Origin: Thermodesulfovibrionales bacterium
GTDB taxonomy: Bacteria; Nitrospirota; Thermodesulfovibrionia; Thermodesulfovibrionales; SM23-35
Assembly (NCBI GenBank): GCA_031082155.1
Contig: JAVHLL010000009.1
Coordinates: 2,052 to 66,051 of the forward strand
Direction: 5' to 3'
DNA: 64,000 nucleotides
This document shows, piece by piece, positions 11,436 through 19,591 of the stretch. Position 1 is the first letter of the stretch. Each line of letters opens with the position of its first letter. The notes beneath the pieces were generated by a model, which did no database searches, was not told where the DNA came from, and was given only the letters and a program-made list of their open reading frames with translations. A program made the position numbers and the translations under genes.

Positions 11436-11887
11436 AGATAATAGTTATCATCCTTGGGGTTATTATATTTACGGCCGGACTTAATTGTCCGGCCTTTTCC
11501 CATTCTGTCCATTATCAGGTCGCAAACAAAGGCATCAGCGTTCGTGTATTCTATGCGGAGGATGATCCCGCAAGTTACTCCTCATACGAGATATTCGGAC
11601 ACGGGGATACGATTCCGCATCAGAAAGGAAGAACAGATAAGAACGGTTTTGTATCCTTCCTTCCCGACAGGCAGGGGAAATGGGTCATCAAGGTATTCGG
11701 CGAATCCGAGCATGGGATGCACGGCGCCCAGATCGAAGTCAACGTCAACGAGAATCTTTTTATGGATTCCTTCAAAAAGCCTTTGGTTGCCAAGTATACA
11801 AAGGCATTTGTGGGGATCAGCTGCCTGCTGGCATTCTTCGGGTTTTTGTCTCTGCTGAAGTCATGGAAGAGAGGCAATACGGAATAG
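11432..11887 (+). CDS. NikL/CbiL-like accessory Ni/Co transport protein with C-terminal membrane anchor
   Basis: AFS|HSVH, GRTDKNGFVSFLPD..GKW..HGMHG, C-terminal TM helix; GTG start overlaps the upstream TGA. Confidence 0.65.
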   Translation: MKIIVIILGVIIFTAGLNCPAFSHSVHYQVANKGISVRVFYAEDDPASYSSYEIFGHGDTIPHQKGRTDKNGFVSFLPDRQGKWVIKVFGESEHGMHGAQIEVNVNENLFMDSFKKPLVAKYTKAFVGISCLLAFFGFLSLLKSWKRGNTE

Positions 11888-11972
11888 CAGGTTAAGAAGA
11901 ACTCATAGCATATCCACTGGAAGTGCCATTAATGTTATATTAATTATCTACTTAAGAGTACCGAGTTCTCGA

Positions 11973-12296
11973 TCATTTTAACAGATTGCGGTTAGCCAGG
12001 TGCATTTTGATTTTTGAGTGTTCGATAGAGAGATCGATCCACTTTTCAACGAGAGCTTTGAATTTTTTGTAAGTATCGACCTGCTTTTTCAGATCATCAA
12101 CATGGGGAACCCTGACATACTCGGTTTTACTTTTCATCTTATGGGTATAGCTGATCTGATAGAACTCCCATTTTTTATCTTTCGCATTGCGGTATTGTTT
12201 GGTCAGTGACCCTGGCCGCATCTCTCCGATATTCAGCAGGTCCTGCTTAATCTTTTCAATCTGCTTTTCGATTTTCAAAAGACTTTTGTCTGTCAT
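11973..12296 (-). CDS. small basic IS-associated protein (DUF6788-like)
   Basis: MRPGSLTKQY...YQISYTHKMKSKTEYVR pattern; lies inside the IS, divergent from the transposase. Confidence 0.7.
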   Translation of the reverse strand: MTDKSLLKIEKQIEKIKQDLLNIGEMRPGSLTKQYRNAKDKKWEFYQISYTHKMKSKTEYVRVPHVDDLKKQVDTYKKFKALVEKWIDLSIEHSKIKMHLANRNLLK

Positions 12297-12344
12297 ATTC
12301 CTCTGCGTTAATTTTACCAGAACTGTCTTTTTGAGGGTGTATTT

Positions 12345-12382
12345 TATTGCTATTATAGCATATATATGCTATAATAGCAATA
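12345..12382. promoter_or_regulatory. perfect 38-bp palindrome, putative bidirectional promoter/operator
   Basis: TATTGCTATTATAGCATAT|ATATGCTATAATAGCAATA carries TGCTATAAT (extended -10) on both strands. Confidence 0.7.
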
Positions 12383-12405
12383 TCTTGTTCCCTTGGAGGT
12401 TTGTC

Positions 12406-13806
12406 ATGGTTCTTTGGCGTCACTGGCTGTCTGTTGTCGAACAATTACGTCCTGCCTGTTCCCGGATGAGAACGTTTCTGTGGTTGTCTGTTTGTCTTGC
12501 CGGTATGTGCATACGACCGGATATCTTCGGCGTCACCAGTATCGTCAGAGCCTTTGGCCTTAAAGAAGCTTTTTATGACAGACTCCTTGATTTCTTCCAC
12601 TCCCCCGCATTAAACCTCGGGGAGCTTACACGTCGCTGGGTCAATTCAGTTGTGACGATCTTCCCTGGCGTTCTTACTAAAAACGGGCGGCTGCTGATTG
12701 TCGGCGACGGCCTGAAAATCCCAAAATCAGGCAAGAAGATGCCCGGCGTAAAACTTCTCCATCAGGAATCCGATTCCAATACGAAGCCGGAGTACATTAT
12801 GGGGCACTCCTGTCAGGCGGTTGCTATTCTGGTCGGAGCTCTGCAGAGTGTCTTTGCCGTCCCTGTTGCAAGCTGTATCCATGAGGGGCTTGTCTTTTCC
12901 AACAGGGATACGTCAACCCTTCTGGATAAGATGCTTTCTCTGGTTGACTCTCTCGGTCTTCCCTCGTTTTATTTTATCGCTGACGCGTATTATTGCGCTC
13001 GGAAGGTTATGGCTCCTCTGATTAACAAGGGTAATCACCTTGTCTCTCTGGTAAAAATGAATGCCGTTGCCTATATGCCCGCTGATGTTCCCTCAGGCAA
13101 AAGAAAGAAGGGCCGCCCCCCACTATATGGCGAAAAGGTTAAGCTCAGAACTCTGTTTGACAACCCCGACGCTATGCAGGAGGCTCAAAGCCCTGTATAT
13201 GGCGAAACAAATGTGCTCCTGAGGTATCGCTACGCCGCCCTCTTGATCAAAAGAATCGGCATCATGGTGCGCTTCGTGGCCGTTATCCATCCGACCAGGG
13301 GGCGGCGTATCCTGATGTCGACGGACTTGTCTTTATCCCCCCTCGATATTATTGCTCTGTACGGTCTTCGCTTTAAGATCGAGGTCTCTTTTAAACAGGC
13401 TGTCCGTACTATCGGCTCTTATGCATATCATTTCTGGATGAAGGCTATGACTCCTATTCGTAAGGCTTCAGGCGATCAGTACCTGCACAGGAAGTCTGAG
13501 CAATACCGCACGGCTGTCAGAAGAAAGCTTGCTGCGTATCACCGGTTTATTCAGGTCGGGCTTATCGCTCAGGGGCTCCTTCAGTATCTTTCCATTAGCT
13601 TTCCCGATCTCGTTTGGGCTAAGTTCGGCTCTTGGCTCCGTACTATCCGCCCCGGTATTCCCCCCTCGGAGTATGTTACTTCCCTTGCCCTCAGAAATTC
13701 CTTCCCCGATTTTCTGTCAGGTTCCCCTTCTGAGGCTACTTTCGCGAAATTCCTCATCGATAGGATCGATTTCCGTAAAAATAACCCCTTTAGGTTAGCC
13801 GCTTAG
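12406..13806 (+). CDS. DDE transposase (IS4 superfamily, IS701-like)
   Basis: IVGDG, FIADAYY and YGLRFKIE (Y-x2-R-x3-E) motifs; ATG 12406 after GGAGG. Confidence 0.9.
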   Translation: MVLWRHWLSVVEQLRPACSRMRTFLWLSVCLAGMCIRPDIFGVTSIVRAFGLKEAFYDRLLDFFHSPALNLGELTRRWVNSVVTIFPGVLTKNGRLLIVGDGLKIPKSGKKMPGVKLLHQESDSNTKPEYIMGHSCQAVAILVGALQSVFAVPVASCIHEGLVFSNRDTSTLLDKMLSLVDSLGLPSFYFIADAYYCARKVMAPLINKGNHLVSLVKMNAVAYMPADVPSGKRKKGRPPLYGEKVKLRTLFDNPDAMQEAQSPVYGETNVLLRYRYAALLIKRIGIMVRFVAVIHPTRGRRILMSTDLSLSPLDIIALYGLRFKIEVSFKQAVRTIGSYAYHFWMKAMTPIRKASGDQYLHRKSEQYRTAVRRKLAAYHRFIQVGLIAQGLLQYLSISFPDLVWAKFGSWLRTIRPGIPPSEYVTSLALRNSFPDFLSGSPSEATFAKFLIDRIDFRKNNPFRLAA

Positions 13807-13883
13807 TTGATTTTGAAGGATTGAATACGGTACTCTCAAGTTATCTATAACCGCGATTGAAATCACGAGGAGGAAATCTTATA

Positions 13884-14876
13884 TTGATCAAAGAAATCAT
13901 CAAGAAATCATTCGATGGAACACTCCTTACCCAATCAGAGATTGCTTCATTATTTGAAGTTCCTCTCTTTTCCAAGGAATCAGCGATGATTATCGCAGCT
14001 TCCCGGAAAAAAAGTGAAGCAGCGAGCAATGGCCTGGCAGAGGTTCATGCGCAGGTTGGGTTGAATATTGCGCCGTGTCCCAGGAACTGCGCCTTCTGTG
14101 CGTTTGCAGCCAGGAATAAGGTTTTTCAGGAAAAAAAGGAAATTCCGGTCGATGAAGCTATTGAGAAAGCAAGGCAGTTCGAAGCTGACGGGGCAAATGC
14201 CGTGTTTGTGATGAGCACCGCAGATTACCCCTTTGAAAAATTTACAGATATTGCCCTGGAGATCAGAAAGTCCCTTCGACCGGAAACGGTACTGGTTGTA
14301 AATGTCGGTGATTTTACAAAAAAACAGGCCCGAAAATTAAAAGAAACGGGTTTTTCAGGCATCTATCATGCAGTTCGGTTAGGAGAAGGAAAAGACACCT
14401 CTATTCAGGTGGAAACAAGGCTGAAAACATTCAGGAACGCAAGAGAAGCAGGCTTATCTCTGGGCACTTGTGTAGAGCCTGTCGGGAATGAACATAGTGT
14501 TGAGGAATTGGTGGAAAAAACCCTTATTACCCGCGATGCGAAACCTGTTTACAGCGGATCAGCACGACGGATACCCATCCCGAATACCAAAATGGCGAAA
14601 TACGGAATTGTGAGCGAAGCCAGAATGGCGCATATACTGGCTGTGGTGAGGTTAGCGCTTGGACATGATATTCCGGGAAATTGTACACATGAGCCGAATG
14701 TTATAGGAGCAGCAGCGGGAGCAAATCTATTATGGGCAGAGGCTGGATCCAATCCCCGCGATACAGAGAAAGAAACAGAAGGCAAACGGGGCATGACAGT
14801 AAAAGAATGTATGAAAGTGCTGGAAGAGGCCGAATGGAAGGTACTGCAAGGCCCGTCAAAATTCTATGGAGCATAA
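13884..14876 (+). CDS. radical SAM protein, BioB-like family, function unknown
   Basis: CPRNCAFC (CxxxCxxC); TTG start after GAGGAGG; length fits a full TIM barrel. Confidence 0.8.
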   Translation: MIKEIIKKSFDGTLLTQSEIASLFEVPLFSKESAMIIAASRKKSEAASNGLAEVHAQVGLNIAPCPRNCAFCAFAARNKVFQEKKEIPVDEAIEKARQFEADGANAVFVMSTADYPFEKFTDIALEIRKSLRPETVLVVNVGDFTKKQARKLKETGFSGIYHAVRLGEGKDTSIQVETRLKTFRNAREAGLSLGTCVEPVGNEHSVEELVEKTLITRDAKPVYSGSARRIPIPNTKMAKYGIVSEARMAHILAVVRLALGHDIPGNCTHEPNVIGAAAGANLLWAEAGSNPRDTEKETEGKRGMTVKECMKVLEEAEWKVLQGPSKFYGA

Positions 14877-15004
14877 ATTTTCTCTTTCAATCACGAATCA
14901 ATCGTATAACTATTCTCTAACCCCTTATTGCAGCAGGAATGATTCCACAGTTCTTGCTCTTAGATAATTACCTGTCTTAGAATAATACAATTGAGGACCA
15001 TACT

Positions 15005-15601
15005 ATGAAGAGACGAAACTCTAAAAACTCATTGAAAAAATCTGAAAACAACCGGAATAAGAATTCAGGCAGTAATACAGAACCAAAGCAGGAAAGGATC
15101 CTCGTTGTTGACGATGACGAAGCGTTGTTGGAGATTTTACAGAAAGGACTTTCATTGCACGGCTACTATTGTGAAGCAACGAGAAGCGCTGCATCAGCCC
15201 TTGAACTTATAGAAAAAGACTCTTTTGATATCATGATAACAGATATTATTATGCCTGATATGAACGGCCTTGAACTGACTGAAAGGGTAAAGAGAATCAG
15301 ACCTGAAATGACCATTGTGGTAATAACAGGACATATCGAAGATTTTCCCTACGATAGGGCAATTGAAGTGGGAGCTTCTGATTTTATAAAGAAGCCTTTT
15401 ACCATAAAAGAGCTTCTTGCAAGGATAAGATACGTGAAGATGCAGGATGAACTGCTTATGCGAGAGCGGGAACTCAAACGAAGAGTACAGGAACTTGAAG
15501 AGTTTTATGATATTGCAGTAGGCAGGGAAATGAGGATGATAGAGTTGAAAAAAGAGATAGAGAGTCTGAAGAAAGAATTGAGCGGAAATAAGACAGCGTA
15601 G
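15005..15601 (+). CDS. response regulator (REC domain plus coiled-coil tail, no DNA-binding domain)
   Basis: ILVVDDD, ITDIIMPDMNG, ITG, IKKPF; C-terminal AVGREMRMIELKKEI. Confidence 0.88.
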   Translation: MKRRNSKNSLKKSENNRNKNSGSNTEPKQERILVVDDDEALLEILQKGLSLHGYYCEATRSAASALELIEKDSFDIMITDIIMPDMNGLELTERVKRIRPEMTIVVITGHIEDFPYDRAIEVGASDFIKKPFTIKELLARIRYVKMQDELLMRERELKRRVQELEEFYDIAVGREMRMIELKKEIESLKKELSGNKTA

Positions 15602-15691
15602 GTTAACCTGAAAAGCGGAGAGCGAGCTCAGAGCTCAGATAATTCATACACTGAACATACAATACTGCATCCGCCCTATTCATCCGAATGG

Positions 15692-15910
15692 TTACCTGCA
15701 GGTACTGCAGGAGGTTTTACTGCAGGAGGTACAGGAGGCTGATGCAGCGGTTCCGGCCAGAGGTCTTTCAGTCCCGGCAGAACAAAACACCGAAAACTTC
15801 TTTTTCACATCCTTTGAGCTGCATTTCGGACAGATGATTTCCTGGTTGCCGAATACAAGTTTTTCAAAATTTTCTCTGCAAGAACAGCATTGATATTCAA
15901 AAATCGGCAT
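15692..15910 (-). CDS. FmdB-family zinc-ribbon protein
   Basis: MPIFEYQCCSC..FE..CPKCSS..KKFSVF with a Cys-rich tail. Confidence 0.88.
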   Translation of the reverse strand: MPIFEYQCCSCRENFEKLVFGNQEIICPKCSSKDVKKKFSVFCSAGTERPLAGTAASASCTSCSKTSCSTCR

Positions 15911-16011
15911 TGAGAACTCCTGTAATCATTAGATTGGAGGGGATAGGGAGACAATATTTTCACCTTCTCCTCAAATTCCCTCTCCCCAAAAGATAACAAT
16001 TCATAATTGAA

Positions 16012-16042
16012 ACTGACAACTAACCACTCATCACTGCTCACT
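16012..16042. repeat. period-7 tandem repeat
   Basis: ACTGACA ACTAACC ACTCATC ACTGCTC ACT. Confidence 0.5.
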
Positions 16043-16691
16043 ATTTTTTCGGTACCTTCTCCCAGTCTTTCAGGAATTTCTTGATTCCGATATCAGTGAG
16101 GGGATGCCGTGAGAGTTGTAGTATAACAGAATAGGGGATTGTAGCGATATGCGCCCCCATCTTTGCCGCTTCGACGACGTGGAGGGGATTCCGGATACTT
16201 GCTACAATTACCTCTGTTTCATACAGGTAATTTTCGAATATCATGAGAATATCTTCGACGAGGTCCATCCCTGTATGACTGATATCGTCAAGCCTCCCCA
16301 CGAAAGGGCTCACATATGTGGCACCCGCCTTTGCGGCAAGCAGAGCCTGGCTTGGAGAGAAGACAAGGGTCACATTTGTTTTGATTCCCATACCCGACAA
16401 TTTTTTGACTGCTTTGAGTCCTTCCGCGGTCATGGGAATCTTCACCACAATATTTTCATGTATCTTCGAGAGGGAAACAGCCTCCTGAATCATCTCTTCC
16501 GCTGTCATGCTTACGGCTTCGGCACTCACGGGGCCGTCAACGATGCTGCAGATTTCCTTGAGCAACGGCACAGGATCCTTTCCCTCTTTTGCGATGAGCG
16601 AGGGATTTGTTGTTACCCCGTCTATCACACCAAGATCATGTGCTTTCCGGATTTCTTCGCTATTGGCAGTGTCGATAAAGAATTTCATCAT
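16041..16691 (-). CDS. tal: transaldolase (short, FSA/TalC type)
   Basis: [30 protein letters not shown]; Glu in SAEAV and Phe in SPF favour transaldolase over FSA. Confidence 0.93.
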   Translation of the reverse strand: MMKFFIDTANSEEIRKAHDLGVIDGVTTNPSLIAKEGKDPVPLLKEICSIVDGPVSAEAVSMTAEEMIQEAVSLSKIHENIVVKIPMTAEGLKAVKKLSGMGIKTNVTLVFSPSQALLAAKAGATYVSPFVGRLDDISHTGMDLVEDILMIFENYLYETEVIVASIRNPLHVVEAAKMGAHIATIPYSVILQLSRHPLTDIGIKKFLKDWEKVPKK

Positions 16692-16852
16692 ACCTCCTCT
16701 TCCTCGATGATAAAGATATTCAGAAATTTATTATACTAGATAGTAAAATTTCCTGAGAAGAAAAAAGAAAAGGAAGAAACGAAACTATCAGCTTTCAATA
16801 ATTTCAGGTACAATTGGTATAACTATAAAACAAGTTCAGGGAAAAAAGGTTT

Positions 16853-17368
16853 ATGAATAAAATCTGGGAAAACATCTTTAAACTCCGCCAGAAGGCAGTT
16901 GATGAAATAGACGCGATTCTTCTCAAGATACCGGTGTTCCAGGATCTCAATAAGCGGGAACTGAAAAAAATCAAACGGATATTGCATCAGAGGGAGTACA
17001 GTAGCAACGAGATAATCTTCAAAGAGGGTGATATCGGGCTCGGCATGTATATCATTCTTGCGGGAGAGGTACAGATTGTCTGCGGACCGGACAACCATGT
17101 CCTGGCCGAACTCTGCAGAGGAGATTTTTTCGGAGAGTTGTCGCTCCTCGATGACGCGCCGAGAAGTGCGGCAGCTCTTGCGAAATTACCCTCTGTTACA
17201 CTCTGTTTTTTTAAACCAGAACTGATTGATCTCATCAGCCGCGACCCGCAGCTCGGCTGTAAAATATTATTCAGGCTTGCATGGGTTATAGGGGAGAGGT
17301 TAAAGAGTACCAATGAGCAACTGAAGAAAATAAGTTGCCTGAGGGAACAGGACCCGTTATCTGCATGA
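16853..17368 (+). CDS. cyclic-nucleotide-binding domain protein
   Basis: IFKEGD, GDFFGELSLLDDAPRSA phosphate-binding cassette; no HTH. Confidence 0.88.
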   Translation: MNKIWENIFKLRQKAVDEIDAILLKIPVFQDLNKRELKKIKRILHQREYSSNEIIFKEGDIGLGMYIILAGEVQIVCGPDNHVLAELCRGDFFGELSLLDDAPRSAAALAKLPSVTLCFFKPELIDLISRDPQLGCKILFRLAWVIGERLKSTNEQLKKISCLREQDPLSA

Positions 17369-18408
17369 GAATATCCGGGAACAGCACCAGCCATCTCCGG
17401 GTCGTTCTTATCCTGATCAGCATAGCGGGATTTATAGCGTTTCTCACTTATATACCTGATATCGTGAAACTGGTAATCATCTCGATCCTGCTCGCGTATA
17501 TATTGGACCCCTTTGCCAATTTCCTCGAATCCCGGGGCATGAGCCGCCCAACCGCAACCGTTCTGATATTTATTGCTATTGTTTTTGCAGTGATTCTTGC
17601 ATACATGAGCGTATTGCCTCTTTTTGCAGCACAGATAAGCGGTCTCCAGGCAGGCTTTAGTCCTGATCGCGCAGGTTTTGTGATTTCCCGGTTTGAAGAC
17701 TTTCTGATGCCGTATCTCTCGTTCCTCGGAATTAAAGAGCTGAATCTTATGGGGAGAACGCAGGGAGCCATGGCAGGCGCCGGAGACTGGGTATTGAACC
17801 ATGTCCTTGACGCAGCTTCCCTTGTCACCAGCATGATTCTTATACCCTTTATCGTTTTTTTTCTTCTCAAGGACGGGAGGGAATTTAAAAGGGCTTTTGT
17901 CAGTCTGGTTCCAAACCGCTATTTCGAGTTCACCCTCTATCTGTTCCATAAATTGAATGCCCAGGTTGGCAATTATCTTCGCGGCCAGTTGATTGACGCC
18001 ACGATAGTAGGCACTATGGCAGTATTTGGCTTGTGGGTCATTGGAGTGAAATACTTTTTCCTTATAGGAATCTTTGCCGGGCTGGCGAACCTGATCCCCT
18101 ATTTCGGTCCGATCGCCGGTGCGGTACTGGCTCTTCTTGTATCGATCCTGCAGACAGGCGGCCTCGATAAGGTATTGTATGTTATCCTCGCGTTTACCAT
18201 AATCAAGCTGCTTGACGATGCCATTATCCAACCGGTTGTTGTAGCCAGGAGTGTCCATATGCATCCGCTTACCGTTTTGCTCGCGGTGCTGATCGGCGGC
18301 AAATTGTTCGGAATCCTCGGAATGCTGTTGACCGTTCCCCTTGTCGGTTTTCTCAAGGTTGTGGTGCACGAAAGCATTCTCAACTACCGCAGGTACCGCA
18401 CCGCATAG
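17365..18408 (+). CDS. AI-2E family transporter
   Basis: Multiple TM helices, YLRGQ, NLIPYFGP, HPLTVLLAVLIGGKLFGILG; ATGA overlap with the upstream stop. Confidence 0.92.
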   Translation: MRISGNSTSHLRVVLILISIAGFIAFLTYIPDIVKLVIISILLAYILDPFANFLESRGMSRPTATVLIFIAIVFAVILAYMSVLPLFAAQISGLQAGFSPDRAGFVISRFEDFLMPYLSFLGIKELNLMGRTQGAMAGAGDWVLNHVLDAASLVTSMILIPFIVFFLLKDGREFKRAFVSLVPNRYFEFTLYLFHKLNAQVGNYLRGQLIDATIVGTMAVFGLWVIGVKYFFLIGIFAGLANLIPYFGPIAGAVLALLVSILQTGGLDKVLYVILAFTIIKLLDDAIIQPVVVARSVHMHPLTVLLAVLIGGKLFGILGMLLTVPLVGFLKVVVHESILNYRRYRTA

Positions 18409-18424
18409 ACAGGAGCCTCCCGGC

Positions 18425-19591
18425 TCACTGGATCAAGGCTTCCTCAATGACCTCGATGAGATGGAGCACCGGCTTGTTCCTGATATCCTTTGAAAGCTGC
18501 AGGATGCAACCGGGACAGGAAGTCACCAGCACTTCAGCGTGCGCATACTCGTGGGCACACTTAGTGAGAAGGTTCCGGGAAAGCTCCCTGTTCGAGAAAC
18601 AGAACATGCCCGCAAAACCGCAACAGAGTTCTTCTCTGGAATCCAGGAGATCGATGCCAAGGATACGGAGGATTTCTCTCGGTTCCCTTGTTATTCCCAG
18701 GCCATATTTCAGGTGACAGGGATCATGATATCCTGCCGGATTAGGGAATGAAGTGAGTTTGGAAAACTGTGAAGAGGCCAGCTTATCGACAAAAAAAGAT
18801 GAAATATCAGAAGCTTTTTCTATCCCTTCCCCGATCATTTTTGGATACTCCGATTTTAATGCATGGGTGCAGGTCGGACAGAGGCATACCACGGATTCGA
18901 CGTGCAGTCTGCTGAACGCATCAAGATTCTTTTTTGCAAGTCGTTTCGCCTCTTCTTCCAGGCCGAGCGTTCGGAGGGGGACTCCGCAGCATATCTCGCC
19001 TGCAGGAAGGATCACCTCATATCCGAGACCGTGCAATACATTGATGAGGGCTTCTCCCAAATGGGGATAGAGAAAATTCACGGTGCATCCGGTAAAGACC
19101 GCAACTCGCCCCCTTTTTTTTGCAACCGGGACTACCTGAACATTTTCCTTCAAATGGTGTTCAGGCAAATTGAACTGAAGCGGGAGGAGATTTTTTTTCC
19201 GCAGATAAGGGAGCATGAAGTTCTGGCCCATTTTCATTAGTTGAAAAGTTAATTTCGGATTCCGGATAAATGCAGAGAGAAAAAGCCGCAGATACTGCCG
19301 CTTTCTGTCTGTCTTCCTGAGAATATTTCTCCCCCGGTACATAACTTCATTGATGTCTACTCCGAGAGGGCAAAGGCCTGAGCAAGCACCACAGAGCGTA
19401 CAGCTGAAAATACGGTCATTCAGCAGAGAAGATGGCTGTAATATTCCTGTGGCAAGGCCCCGGAGGAGTGCAAGTCTTCCCCTCGCGCCCATTGATTCGG
19501 TAGCGTCTTCATCATAGGTAAAGCACGAGGCCTTACAGGTTCCGCAACGGACACATTTTGAGAGTTCCTGGATATAGCGCTCAGGTTCCAT
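18425..19591 (-). CDS. (Fe-S)-binding protein, GlcF/HdrD-like (two ferredoxin motifs and two CCG domains)
   Basis: CVRCGTC, CTLCGACSGLCP, CCG twice, HDPCH. Confidence 0.88.
   Translation of the reverse strand: MEPERYIQELSKCVRCGTCKASCFTYDEDATESMGARGRLALLRGLATGILQPSSLLNDRIFSCTLCGACSGLCPLGVDINEVMYRGRNILRKTDRKRQYLRLFLSAFIRNPKLTFQLMKMGQNFMLPYLRKKNLLPLQFNLPEHHLKENVQVVPVAKKRGRVAVFTGCTVNFLYPHLGEALINVLHGLGYEVILPAGEICCGVPLRTLGLEEEAKRLAKKNLDAFSRLHVESVVCLCPTCTHALKSEYPKMIGEGIEKASDISSFFVDKLASSQFSKLTSFPNPAGYHDPCHLKYGLGITREPREILRILGIDLLDSREELCCGFAGMFCFSNRELSRNLLTKCAHEYAHAEVLVTSCPGCILQLSKDIRNKPVLHLIEVIEEALIQ

Larger units (their letters stand above)
11951..13840 (+). mobile_element. 1890-bp two-gene IS (IS4/IS701-like DDE transposase plus divergent small ORF)
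   Basis: 18-bp terminal IRs CTTAAGAGTACCGAGTTC / GAATACGGTACTCTCAAG (15/18 match); 7-bp target duplication TTATCTA at 11944-50 and 13841-47. Confidence 0.9.

Noticed and set aside
12187-12405. N-terminal extension of the transposase ORF
   Set aside because: Overlaps the divergent small gene and the palindrome; the RBS supports ATG 12406
13821-13851. Hybrid promoter formed by the IS right end (TTGAAT..TATAAC) for the radical SAM gene
   Set aside because: The 19-nt spacing is poor, so it cannot be supported from sequence alone
16987-18369. 460-aa minus-strand ORF
   Set aside because: Antisense shadow of the cNMP-binding and AI-2E genes, with no recognisable motifs
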